Source: a virus
Taxonomy: Duplodnaviria; Caudoviricetes
Direction: 5' to 3' (one strand)
Length of the DNA: 25,505 nucleotides
IMG/VR virus record: IMGVR_UViG_3300016467_000606
Span: 1 to 25,505 of that record
Positions 17,166-24,368 of the stretch are shown here, piece after piece (position 1 is the stretch's first letter; each line of letters opens with the position of its first letter). Position numbers and translations under genes: made by a program. The notes under the pieces were generated by a model. It ran no database searches and was not told the origin of the DNA. It saw only the letters and a program-made list of their open reading frames with translations.

Positions 17166-17222
17166 ATCGTTCACCTTAAAAAGTTTGGTTTGTTGCTCGA
17201 TCAAAATCAATCGAGTGGTGTA

Positions 17223-17334
17223 ACTATAACACAATCAAAACGCGGTGCAAGCATTTTCTGATTGGGAATTTCAATCGTGTTGATTGGAAAAAACAATCGC
17301 GCTTTGCTTGCAGGCGTTTTGATTGTGTGATACT
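17223..17334. promoter_or_regulatory. Mirror-image divergent promoters with two GATTG-N7-CAATC operators
   Basis: 15-bp perfect inverted repeat 17229-17243 / 17314-17328; TGn-TATAGT (minus) and TGn-GATACT (plus); operators at 17260-17276 and 17282-17298. Confidence 0.65.
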
Positions 17335-17360
17335 TGCGCATGGGCAGGAGCAGGCACCGG

Positions 17361-17519
17361 AGTCTCCTATAAGACAGGAGAGCACTCTCCTAGGAGACTA
17401 GTCTCCTATAAGACAGGAGATGGGTCTTATATAAGACAGGAGACAAGTCTCCTAGGAGACTTGGATGCGGATGAGGATGATCCGCATCCAGGGCGCAAAT
17501 GAGGATGATCCTCATCCGC
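17361..17519. repeat. Nested palindrome / direct-repeat cluster
   Basis: 21-bp direct repeat at 17361 and 17400; perfect palindromes of 12, 18, 14 and 20 bp; GGATG-based inverted repeats at 17463-17519. Confidence 0.9.
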
Positions 17520-17714
17520 GTTCCCGACACGTCCGACCCATGCTCCTAGGGGACACTCTGAACCGCCTACTTCGGCCCGACCAGGAGCGCCGCCGTACTC
17601 CTAGGCGATTCGGACCAGGAGTCCAGCCGTACCTGATGGCATCAACCAAACCGTCCTAGGCTCTTGAACCAGTCGGCGACCCGTACCCCACGGCATCCCT
17701 AGGGCGGCATCCAA

Positions 17715-17749
17715 TGAACCAAAGGGGTGTGAATTGAACTCACACCCCT
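17715..17749 (-). terminator. Intrinsic terminator
   Basis: 10-bp stem AGGGGTGTGA/TCACACCCCT just past the stop at 17754, followed by TTGGTTC. Confidence 0.65.
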
Positions 17750-17753
17750 GCTC

Positions 17754-17936
17754 TCACTCTTCCCTGAACCGAGGTGATCGACGAACCCCATGCCCTTGTC
17801 GAAGCATCGTCAGTTCCACCTCTTCCTGCATGTCGTCGTAGAAGGTGTCCACCGAGTCGTCGTAATCCGCGAACTCGAACATGGAACCATTGGGCGTGGT
17901 GCGCGGTTGACTGATTGGAGTCTGAACGATCGCCAT
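17754..17936 (-). CDS. Hypothetical protein (60 aa)
   Basis: ATG 17936 in TGATG overlap, AAGGAG RBS. Confidence 0.6.
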   Translation of the reverse strand: MAIVQTPISQPRTTPNGSMFEFADYDDSVDTFYDDMQEEVELTMLRQGHGVRRSPRFREE

Positions 17937-18217
17937 CACACTTCTCCTTCTTCGCTGACCACGACCGCAATCACGTCCTTGCCCCAACCGTTCTGGTGTG
18001 CCCGCAGCTTCACCAGCAGGGCGTCGATGATGTGGTTGTACCGAACCAGGCCCACCTTCTGCGCACGCTCCAAACACTCGATCGTGTAGTCGGGGGTGAA
18101 GAAGTAGATGGATTGCTCGGTGGGGGAAGGATGATCGCCTTCTCCGAACAGGTCGATGACGACTGCGGCGACATCCGCTTCTTCATCGGTTAAGTTGCAA
18201 TTGTCCAGAATGTTCAT
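17936..18217 (-). CDS. Hypothetical protein (93 aa)
   Basis: Preceded by an extended -10 (TGA-TATAGT, 18259-64) and a leader hairpin (18232-18255). Confidence 0.65.
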   Translation of the reverse strand: MNILDNCNLTDEEADVAAVVIDLFGEGDHPSPTEQSIYFFTPDYTIECLERAQKVGLVRYNHIIDALLVKLRAHQNGWGKDVIAVVVSEEGEV

Positions 18218-18484
18218 TTGATTGCTTTCTGTTCGTGCTCAATATCAAGCACGAATGAACTATATCAAACAATCAATACCGAACCGATGGCCTGAGAATG
18301 TTCCCAATCAACTCTCCTATGGCCTGGTCATGGCCTAGGGAGCTTCATGGCCTAGGGATGCCTAGGAGCCTGGCCTACACAACAAAACTTTGGATGTTGG
18401 ATAGTTGATCGGTCGGCCTGAGAAACCCCTGGCCTGGGCGATGTATAAGATGCTTTTTCCCTAGGGAGTTTCTTTTGCAGGCCG

Positions 18485-18553
18485 AACCTTATAGGAGTTG
18501 GAGCCTCCAACCTTATAGGAGCCGGCGTGTCCTAGGCGTCAACCTTATAGGGG
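18485..18553 (+). repeat. Three AACCTTATAGG(A/G)G direct repeats
   Basis: Copies at 18485, 18509, 18541. Confidence 0.85.
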
Positions 18554-18797
18554 CAGATTGGCCAGATCAGGGCGTTTGCGTTCCCTAGGATGGTCAAACC
18601 AGGCGGCGCGCCGTATGCCTAGGCGAGTTCAAAACTGCTTCCTAGGGTCTTTGACCAGGCGGGCCGCCGTACCTGATCCCTAGGATTCATGCGGCTTGGC
18701 GGGCGATTTGCCTAGGCGTGGGAGTGCGACCGCGCCGGAAATTTCTCCTGTAAGTTTTGAACTTTGGCGCTGCGTTTCGTCGAGGGAATACTTCGCC

Positions 18798-18869
18798 CCC
18801 TTTTGGTTCATTTTTTGGTTCGTTTTCCCACCTCCCTTTTGGTTCGTTTTTTGGTTCCTCTCTTGGTTC
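18798..18869 (+). repeat. TTGGTTC repeats on a 12-bp grid
   Basis: Copies at 18803, 18815, 18839, 18851, 18863; 24-bp near-identical units at 18798 and 18834. Confidence 0.85.
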
Positions 18870-19417
18870 TCTTTCCACCCCCTATCGTTCTGCTCTTCCT
18901 ACTCTCTATTCGAAGATTGATCTTTCGTGTCCGAGGCTTCGTTCTTGTTCTTCTCCGTCTCCGTGTTGTTCTTGTTCTTCCTGTAGCTGATGTGTGGGAC
19001 CGCTGCGGGGATTTGAGCTTCGGCGTTATATCTATCTATAGCTGTTTTGGAACTTGTATGTTTCTTTGTCGCGGGGATTGTGGGAGTTCTCGGTTCCTGT
19101 TGTAGCTGTCTCGGAGTCGGTTCGTTTAATCGCGTTTTGAGCGTTTTTCCTGTGCTTGTGTGGTCGGTGTACTCGATGCTCTTTTGGCATGCGTTTATGG
19201 TGCGTTTTGAGTGTCTGGCCTGGTGTGATTTTGCTTGCTCTATGTTGTCAGCAAAAACAGTCGTTTCCTGACAATTCTTATACTACATCCGTATCGCTTA
19301 GGAGGCTTGCTGAATGGCGTTTTTGCCAATGCTCACGGGTACTTACGCCTTGGATTTCATGTGATGGTTTAGAACCCTGCTTTTGGCAGGGTTTTTGGCC
19401 TACATTTCGTGCTGTTT

Positions 19418-19810
19418 TTAGGGGTGTTTCAGCATGTGTTTGGCCTGGTCGATGACCGCCTTTCGAGCGAGGTCTGCGCCTCCATTTTGAATGTGTTCGT
19501 CATGGGTGCTTTGGAGGTCTTCAAGCTCCTTCAAGCTCATTCCGGTGACTGCCTTGAGGTTCTTCTCGCCGATGCTGTCGGCGACGTACTCGATGGACAT
19601 TTCACCCAGGCACTTTGCCTTCAGGTCTTTCAGTTGCGCTTTGGAGAACAGTGCCCCGACCGCGCAGTTGTTGCCTGACTCGTACTGGTATAGGCAGAGT
19701 CTTTGGCTGTCGCTGTCGATTGGGCCGATCTTGCCTGCTTCAGCCTGCTTGATGATGTGCTTCAGGGACTCGGTGCGTGTTCGGCACTTCACTCCGTTGA
19801 TGATTTTCAT
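19418..19810 (-). CDS. Hypothetical protein (C.Y...CAVG motif)
   Basis: 130 aa, AAGGAAG RBS; CLYQY...NCAVGALF...LQSTHD pattern seen in phage early proteins. Confidence 0.7.
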   Translation of the reverse strand: MKIINGVKCRTRTESLKHIIKQAEAGKIGPIDSDSQRLCLYQYESGNNCAVGALFSKAQLKDLKAKCLGEMSIEYVADSIGEKNLKAVTGMSLKELEDLQSTHDEHIQNGGADLARKAVIDQAKHMLKHP

Positions 19811-20030
19811 GGGTGCTTCCTTTCTTTGCTGCGAGGCGCTTATACCGCGCCAAATTGTTTTTCAGGGCATGTTGGTCAACATCGTTGGATGTGAGGAACT
19901 GCGTTTCGGGGAACTCGTTGAACTTCACCTTCCAATGCTTTGACGCTCGCTCGACGGACTTGACCGTGAAGCCTGCTCTCGCATACAGCTTGAAGGCTTC
20001 GACCAAGCGCTTGGGCAACCGTCCCGCCAT
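19740..20030 (-). CDS. Small basic protein, possibly HicA-like fold
   Basis: GFTV...SKHWKV...ALKNNLARYKR; starts immediately after the upstream stop. Confidence 0.5.
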   Translation of the reverse strand: MAGRLPKRLVEAFKLYARAGFTVKSVERASKHWKVKFNEFPETQFLTSNDVDQHALKNNLARYKRLAAKKGSTHENHQRSEVPNTHRVPEAHHQAG

Positions 20031-20378
20031 TCAGTGATCCCCTGCGGGGCCGAGTCGGTAGCCTTCGCTGACGATCCTGAACTTATCGACTTCCTGACCG
20101 CCGCCGAGCGTGACTCGATCCAGCAGGAAGATTTCAGGCTTGGTGCCTGTGAAGTATTCGATGGCGTCGAGATAGAGGCCAACGCCGATGGTGTCGGTGG
20201 ATGCGACATTGACAATCGCGTTGATTGGCGCTTTCCAGTCTTTCGGGTTCTTCACCTGATTGAAGGCGGCCGTCAGAATTGCCTGGCGGGCCAAACTTTC
20301 AGTGATTTCGACTTCGGGCGCGGACGCGGCGATACCCCGCAGGTACTCCGTGCGCTCATGAGGCGTCATAGTTTTCAT
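20031..20378 (-). CDS. Hypothetical protein
   Basis: ATG 20378 (ATGA overlap), AAGGAG RBS. Confidence 0.65.
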   Translation of the reverse strand: MKTMTPHERTEYLRGIAASAPEVEITESLARQAILTAAFNQVKNPKDWKAPINAIVNVASTDTIGVGLYLDAIEYFTGTKPEIFLLDRVTLGGGQEVDKFRIVSEGYRLGPAGDH

Positions 20379-20566
20379 GATTGCTCCTTCATGCTGAGTT
20401 CCAACTGGATGTAGTTCATGAACAGGCGAACCACCTGTTCTCCTTCGTGTCCGGAGAAGAAGATTCCGGCGACACCGCCGTCGTCTTGGCCCAACTTCTC
20501 CTGTATGTGCAGGCACGCCGCATTGAGGGCATCGGCCGCGAGTTCCGCTTGTTGCTTGGGCGTCAT
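20375..20566 (-). CDS. Hypothetical protein
   Basis: 63 aa, AAAGGA RBS, coupled to neighbours. Confidence 0.6.
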   Translation of the reverse strand: MTPKQQAELAADALNAACLHIQEKLGQDDGGVAGIFFSGHEGEQVVRLFMNYIQLELSMKEQS

Positions 20567-20769
20567 GTAGTCCTTTCGTTGTCGTTCACTGATGACTTAT
20601 TGTGAGCGACCAACGATGGACTTTGAATACGTCCAATCACAAGCCCTTTCACAATCCCATGTCGCTGCGCGTGGAGGTCTTTCATCGCCTGGGTGATGAA
20701 GCCTGGCTCGTTGACCTGCTGATACCAGGCTTTGCCAGCGCGAACCGCTTTTGGATCACACAGTCCCAT
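20563..20769 (-). CDS. Hypothetical protein
   Basis: ATG 20769 with GGAGG RBS. Confidence 0.5.
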   Translation of the reverse strand: MGLCDPKAVRAGKAWYQQVNEPGFITQAMKDLHAQRHGIVKGLVIGRIQSPSLVAHNKSSVNDNERTT

Positions 20770-20965
20770 CAGCCCCTCCTCTGAGTTCGCTAAAGTGAGC
20801 GCCGACCTTAGCCAACAGCGCATCATTCAAAGCTCCATCGTCCAGTTTGGCCTCGTCATGAATCTCCACGCTGATTCCGTGATCGGTCGTCTCAATGCAG
20901 ATGGCGAACCCGTTAACGGAAACCCAAGCGCACCCGTCTTGTCGAATTTCTTCTTCCAAACCCAT
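20756..20965 (-). CDS. Hypothetical protein
   Basis: 69 aa, tightly packed in the operon. Confidence 0.55.
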   Translation of the reverse strand: MGLEEEIRQDGCAWVSVNGFAICIETTDHGISVEIHDEAKLDDGALNDALLAKVGAHFSELRGGADGTV

Positions 20966-20966
20966 T

Positions 20967-21317
20967 TCACCCTCTCCTCATGCGAGCCAAGTCCACCGCA
21001 TCGTCGGCGCTGAACACGGGCACCGAGTTGGACTTGTGCATCACGGCGATGCCGATCATCCGAGTGCCGGTGTACTGCCTGCCCATGATGGGCTTGGTGC
21101 CGCCGTTGAAGCCTGTGTCGAGCGACTTGTGTTCCTTGCCTGTGGTTCTGCCTGGTGGCGTCGTCAAAGCCGGCAGGGTTCTAACATCGCCCTGGCTTCT
21201 AACATCGGCAATGTTAGAACGCGAGAACTTGGGTACATTGGCCCACTTCAGCATCATGGCCTGATACGAAGCCATCGCCTCACGCTCGGCTTTGGTGGGG
21301 TTGCGGCGCTTCTTCAT
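20967..21317 (-). CDS. Conserved phage hypothetical protein (YTG...MHKSN.VP...MRR)
   Basis: C-terminal motif recalled from many lytic phage genomes; function unknown. Confidence 0.7.
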   Translation of the reverse strand: MKKRRNPTKAEREAMASYQAMMLKWANVPKFSRSNIADVRSQGDVRTLPALTTPPGRTTGKEHKSLDTGFNGGTKPIMGRQYTGTRMIGIAVMHKSNSVPVFSADDAVDLARMRRG

Positions 21318-21544
21318 GATGCCTGCGCCACAGGGCTGAGTTGTTCGCCATACGCCCAGTGGCCGTTGTCCAACGTCACCAGCGCGTAGTCTTTGCGACT
21401 CCAGGCGATCTCGTTGACGGCATCACCGTACTTGGACCGACGCTGCTGAGTCTCCTCGATCGACTCGATCTTGGCTGGCTTGGGCGCATCCATGCCAAAA
21501 CAGCCGCGCCACATCACCGTATCGCCTACTTTCATCATGCTCAT
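21314..21544 (-). CDS. Hypothetical protein, SH3-like beta pattern
   Basis: MKVGDTVMWRG...VTLDNGHWAYGEQL. Confidence 0.65.
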   Translation of the reverse strand: MSMMKVGDTVMWRGCFGMDAPKPAKIESIEETQQRRSKYGDAVNEIAWSRKDYALVTLDNGHWAYGEQLSPVAQAS

Positions 21545-21726
21545 TTCGTCTTCCTTTCGTTGTCAGGCGGGAGTGGAACATCGCCCGTCCTCTCGCAATA
21601 CTTCATGCAGGCTTCCTTGCTCTCGTGACGCATCACGGACAGGTGGCCGTTCGGGTTGTAGCTGCTCCACTGTGTCGGGTGGGTGAGCTTGGGAAGACCC
21701 GCCTTCTGCTGGTGCCAGGTGGGCAT
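21541..21726 (-). CDS. Hypothetical protein
   Basis: ATG 21726 with GGAGG RBS; 61 aa. Confidence 0.55.
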   Translation of the reverse strand: MPTWHQQKAGLPKLTHPTQWSSYNPNGHLSVMRHESKEACMKYCERTGDVPLPPDNERKTK

Positions 21727-21727
21727 A

Positions 21728-22075
21728 TCAAGCCTCCACGACGATGATGTGGCCGTCTGGGTAGTTGGACATGAACCAACCCTCACCCTGGAGCAGCCAA
21801 TTGCCATTGTGTTCGTAGCGGGACATGGAGACGTTCTTCTCGCGTCCGGTGTACCACTCGCTCTTGAGGCGCTTGAGCAGCGCGTCCTTCACCTGCTGAT
21901 GGGTGAAGTTCGGGACGTAGTGCTTGGCGACCTGATCCGTGAAGACGTTGGCCAGGGCTTCGAACTTAGCGGCCGTTAGGTTGCCGGTGTACGGCAGGAT
22001 GTAGACGCGCTGATCTTCAGGCGCGGGGCCGATGCGTAGCATCGTCTTCAGGCATTTCTCAAAGTGTCGGCTCAT
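21728..22075 (-). CDS. Hypothetical protein
   Basis: ATG 22075 with GGAGG RBS, downstream of a promoter box. Confidence 0.65.
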   Translation of the reverse strand: MSRHFEKCLKTMLRIGPAPEDQRVYILPYTGNLTAAKFEALANVFTDQVAKHYVPNFTHQQVKDALLKRLKSEWYTGREKNVSMSRYEHNGNWLLQGEGWFMSNYPDGHIIVVEA

Positions 22076-22106
22076 AAGTTCCTCCGGTTGTGTTGCTGAC
22101 AGTTCT

Positions 22107-22124
22107 ATTGTCACCACTGACTGA
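22107..22124 (-). promoter_or_regulatory. Operator box overlapping GACAAT -10
   Basis: GTCACCACTGAC at 22110-22121; same layout as 23029 and 24706. Confidence 0.6.
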
Positions 22125-22148
22125 TGGACAAACCAGCGGCAAGCCAGG

Positions 22149-22835
22149 CTATTCCTCGTAGGGGTACAAGTCTTCCAAGTAGAAGCGCTGGACGACAGGC
22201 GTGATGCTTTGGCCTTCGAGCTTCAGGACGATGTGCAACTCCTCGCCCTCCTCTACGTGCTTCACATCGTCCACGCGCTTGCTGATCTGCCTAAACACAT
22301 CGCACAGCCTCCAGGCGGGAATGTTGTTGTACCGGCGCTTGCACTCCTGATAGCCGCGCCTGATCCAGCCGGCGAGCCGCTTCTTGAACTCAGGGTTGTG
22401 GCGCTTGAACTCCGCCCAATCGTTTGGCTCGTACTCAAACTCCGCTCGAAGTGCGCGCCAGCCTGCATCGACAATCTCTTGAATGTCCGTCTCATGGTCG
22501 ATGTGAAGGCTGCGCTTAGGCTTTTGCAGGACGCACTGCCGAGCGTAGAGCGCCTCTCGTGAGAATCGGGCAATGTCGCCATCCATGTTCTCTGACGCCT
22601 TGCAGCGGTAGCTTTGCCACCAGTAGCCGCCATCGCCCCTGATGTAAAGCATGGCACCGAACGCAAGCATTTCCTCTTCGAGCGTTCCTGCGGTCAGATC
22701 ACCATGCTCCATCGAGTCATGCGCCACACCCATGCCGTTCATGGCGTTGAAGTCGAGATTGCACTTGGGCACCCATCCGTAGCCGCCAAGCTCTCGGTCT
22801 TCCGCCCAAACGAATTCAGCCTTACGAACTCTCAT
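22149..22835 (-). CDS. Hypothetical protein with HDxxEH motif
   Basis: GVAHDSMEH...EEMLAFGA; ATG 22835. Confidence 0.65.
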   Translation of the reverse strand: MRVRKAEFVWAEDRELGGYGWVPKCNLDFNAMNGMGVAHDSMEHGDLTAGTLEEEMLAFGAMLYIRGDGGYWWQSYRCKASENMDGDIARFSREALYARQCVLQKPKRSLHIDHETDIQEIVDAGWRALRAEFEYEPNDWAEFKRHNPEFKKRLAGWIRRGYQECKRRYNNIPAWRLCDVFRQISKRVDDVKHVEEGEELHIVLKLEGQSITPVVQRFYLEDLYPYEE

Positions 22836-22998
22836 GGGGGTGGTCCTGCACAGGTTCCTGAGCGATCGACTTGGCCGAAGCCAGGCGCGTCTGCTCTGCC
22901 GTTTCCAAATCAAGCTCTTTGGCACCGGCGTAAACCGCCAACTGCTTGCGATCTTCGTAGATGCCTACGTAGTCGCCCTGGATGAGTAGTAGTCGCAT
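22822..22998 (-). CDS. Small hypothetical protein (58 aa, not in ORF track)
   Basis: MRLLLIQGDYVGIYEDRK...; AAGGAG RBS directly after the promoter. Confidence 0.6.
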   Translation of the reverse strand: MRLLLIQGDYVGIYEDRKQLAVYAGAKELDLETAEQTRLASAKSIAQEPVQDHPHESS

Positions 22999-23012
22999 AG
23001 TTCTCCTTCGTG

Positions 23013-23062
23013 CTTTGTTGATAGCTTTATTGTCACTCGTGACTTATGGGCTATCAACAAAG
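23013..23062 (-). promoter_or_regulatory. Early-type promoter with operator and 13-bp flanking inverted repeat
   Basis: TTGATA-17-GACAAT; GTCACTCGTGAC at 23032-43; CTTTGTTGATAGC / GCTATCAACAAAG. Confidence 0.7.
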
Positions 23063-23078
23063 AGGCCAGGCGACTTGA

Positions 23079-23825
23079 TCAGTCTTTCGACTTCTCCAAG
23101 TCTGCATCGGTAATGTCCGCCGCGATGCCGCGAACGCGATGGGCGAACTCGTCGTACCACTGGGAAGGCAGGCCGAGTTCTCTGCGGTTGGCGAACAGCG
23201 CCCCGAGGTCATCCATGTTTCGCGCATGGGGCACATCGCGCCGATGCACACTCAGATCAGGCTCTTGCAGATCAGCCTCGCCGTCATGCACCCAGATGTT
23301 CACCAGAGGCACCGTGTCCGATTCAGAGCCTTCGCCACTCATCAAAGTGACGTGCAGCTTCAGGAACGGGAACGCTGCGGCAATCGTTTGCCAGTCCTCC
23401 AGCACATCTTCGACCGACGGCCACTTGCCCACGTTGTCGATGAAGTGGATGCGACCTTCAGGAGAACACCAGCCATGCGGCCCAAAGATGAACGAGCAGG
23501 ACGCCCAGTCGTTCGTCACGTAGGATGTGCCGACAAAATTGGCTCGCTGTTTGACCAGATCGCCAAACTTCCAGTTCTTGCGCCGCTTTTCATCCGCTTC
23601 CGGCGACTTATCTTGCCAGTCGCGCACGATGTACCGATCCAAGCCAGCCTGGCCCTGATACCACTCGGTAAAGTCCTTTTCGTTGCCTCCTGCCAGGTCA
23701 TAGGAGTCCGTCAGGAACGAGTCCGTGCGAAAGATGATCTCCTTCGCCTGGTCAACCGTGACGGACTCACCCGTCACCAGCATTTGAGGCCACTTGGGCA
23801 AACTCACTTCGAGCAATTCACTCAT
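23079..23825 (-). CDS. Hypothetical protein (248 aa)
   Basis: Strong GGAGG RBS; Trp-rich motifs LPKWPQM, GPHGWC, NVGKWP. Confidence 0.8.
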   Translation of the reverse strand: MSELLEVSLPKWPQMLVTGESVTVDQAKEIIFRTDSFLTDSYDLAGGNEKDFTEWYQGQAGLDRYIVRDWQDKSPEADEKRRKNWKFGDLVKQRANFVGTSYVTNDWASCSFIFGPHGWCSPEGRIHFIDNVGKWPSVEDVLEDWQTIAAAFPFLKLHVTLMSGEGSESDTVPLVNIWVHDGEADLQEPDLSVHRRDVPHARNMDDLGALFANRRELGLPSQWYDEFAHRVRGIAADITDADLEKSKD

Positions 23826-23874
23826 CCTCTACCTCCTACAAAAAGTCCATACGCGGCGCAGCACAAGATCAGGG

Positions 23875-24147
23875 TCAGCATTCTTTGGAGCCGTCCTCAA
23901 ACAAGTTCTGCTGTTTGGCGCTGTCGCCAGCGGCCATTTCCTTCACCCAGTCGGGGGCATCCTTCATTTCGTCCGCCGTGAAGCTCTCCACATGCGCCAT
24001 CAAACACTGCGGACAGACAGTTGCGCGGAACTCGGCGTTGTCAATTGGCGCATAGGCATAGTGAACACCCGTGTCGCCTTCAGCCTTGACGCCGCAGATC
24101 GAGACGCCTGCGAAGACGCCTGTCATGGTTAGATGAACTGTGGACAC
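23875..24147 (-). CDS. Putative Zn-binding small protein
   Basis: GTG 24147 with GGAG RBS; H...CG...H...CPQC. Confidence 0.55.
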   Translation of the reverse strand: MSTVHLTMTGVFAGVSICGVKAEGDTGVHYAYAPIDNAEFRATVCPQCLMAHVESFTADEMKDAPDWVKEMAAGDSAKQQNLFEDGSKEC

Positions 24148-24368
24148 TTTTCGTACTCCATAACTTCCTGGTTGCGAATGCCGACATACTCGTATTGCCA
24201 AGTGTCCGGCTGCTGCTTGTTCCAACGGTCAACGACCCTGCGAAGCTCAAGCTCCAACTGCCTGTACGGCAGATGCTCGAACATCGGAGTGTGCGAGGCG
24301 TTGAATTGCGCGAAGTAGACCCTGCCCGAAGGCAGGTGCTTGCGCTTGAAATAGAGTTGGAGGCTCAT
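24129..24368 (-). CDS. Hypothetical protein
   Basis: ATG 24368 (ATGA overlap), GGGAG RBS. Confidence 0.6.
   Translation of the reverse strand: MSLQLYFKRKHLPSGRVYFAQFNASHTPMFEHLPYRQLELELRRVVDRWNKQQPDTWQYEYVGIRNQEVMEYEKCPQFI

Larger units (their letters stand above)
17389..18716. repeat. Two clusters of CCTAGG sites (16 copies)
   Basis: 17389, 17451, 17545, 17600, 17655, 17698; 18334, 18351, 18361, 18460, 18531, 18584, 18618, 18641, 18679, 18711. Confidence 0.9.

Noticed and set aside
17444-17463. N15-type telRL protelomerase site
   Set aside because: The palindrome is only 20 bp and no protelomerase is visible in the window; kept only as one hypothesis in the findings.
17465-17659. 64-aa plus-strand ORF MRMRMIRIQ...
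   Set aside because: Arises from GGATG repeats and runs through CCTAGG units; not protein-like, although the upstream GGAG means translation cannot be fully excluded.
16121-18716. CRISPR array
   Set aside because: Repeats are short and irregularly spaced, without constant-length unique spacers; no cas genes.
18687-18878. 63-aa ORF with EPKNEPK repeats
   Set aside because: No convincing RBS and it ends in the CCTAGG cluster; DNA-level repeats explain it, though the 12-bp period is frame-preserving.
23822-23881. 19-aa hydrophobic ORF MLTLILCCAAYGLFVGGRG bridging two genes
   Set aside because: Overlaps both neighbours plausibly but is too short to support without translation data.
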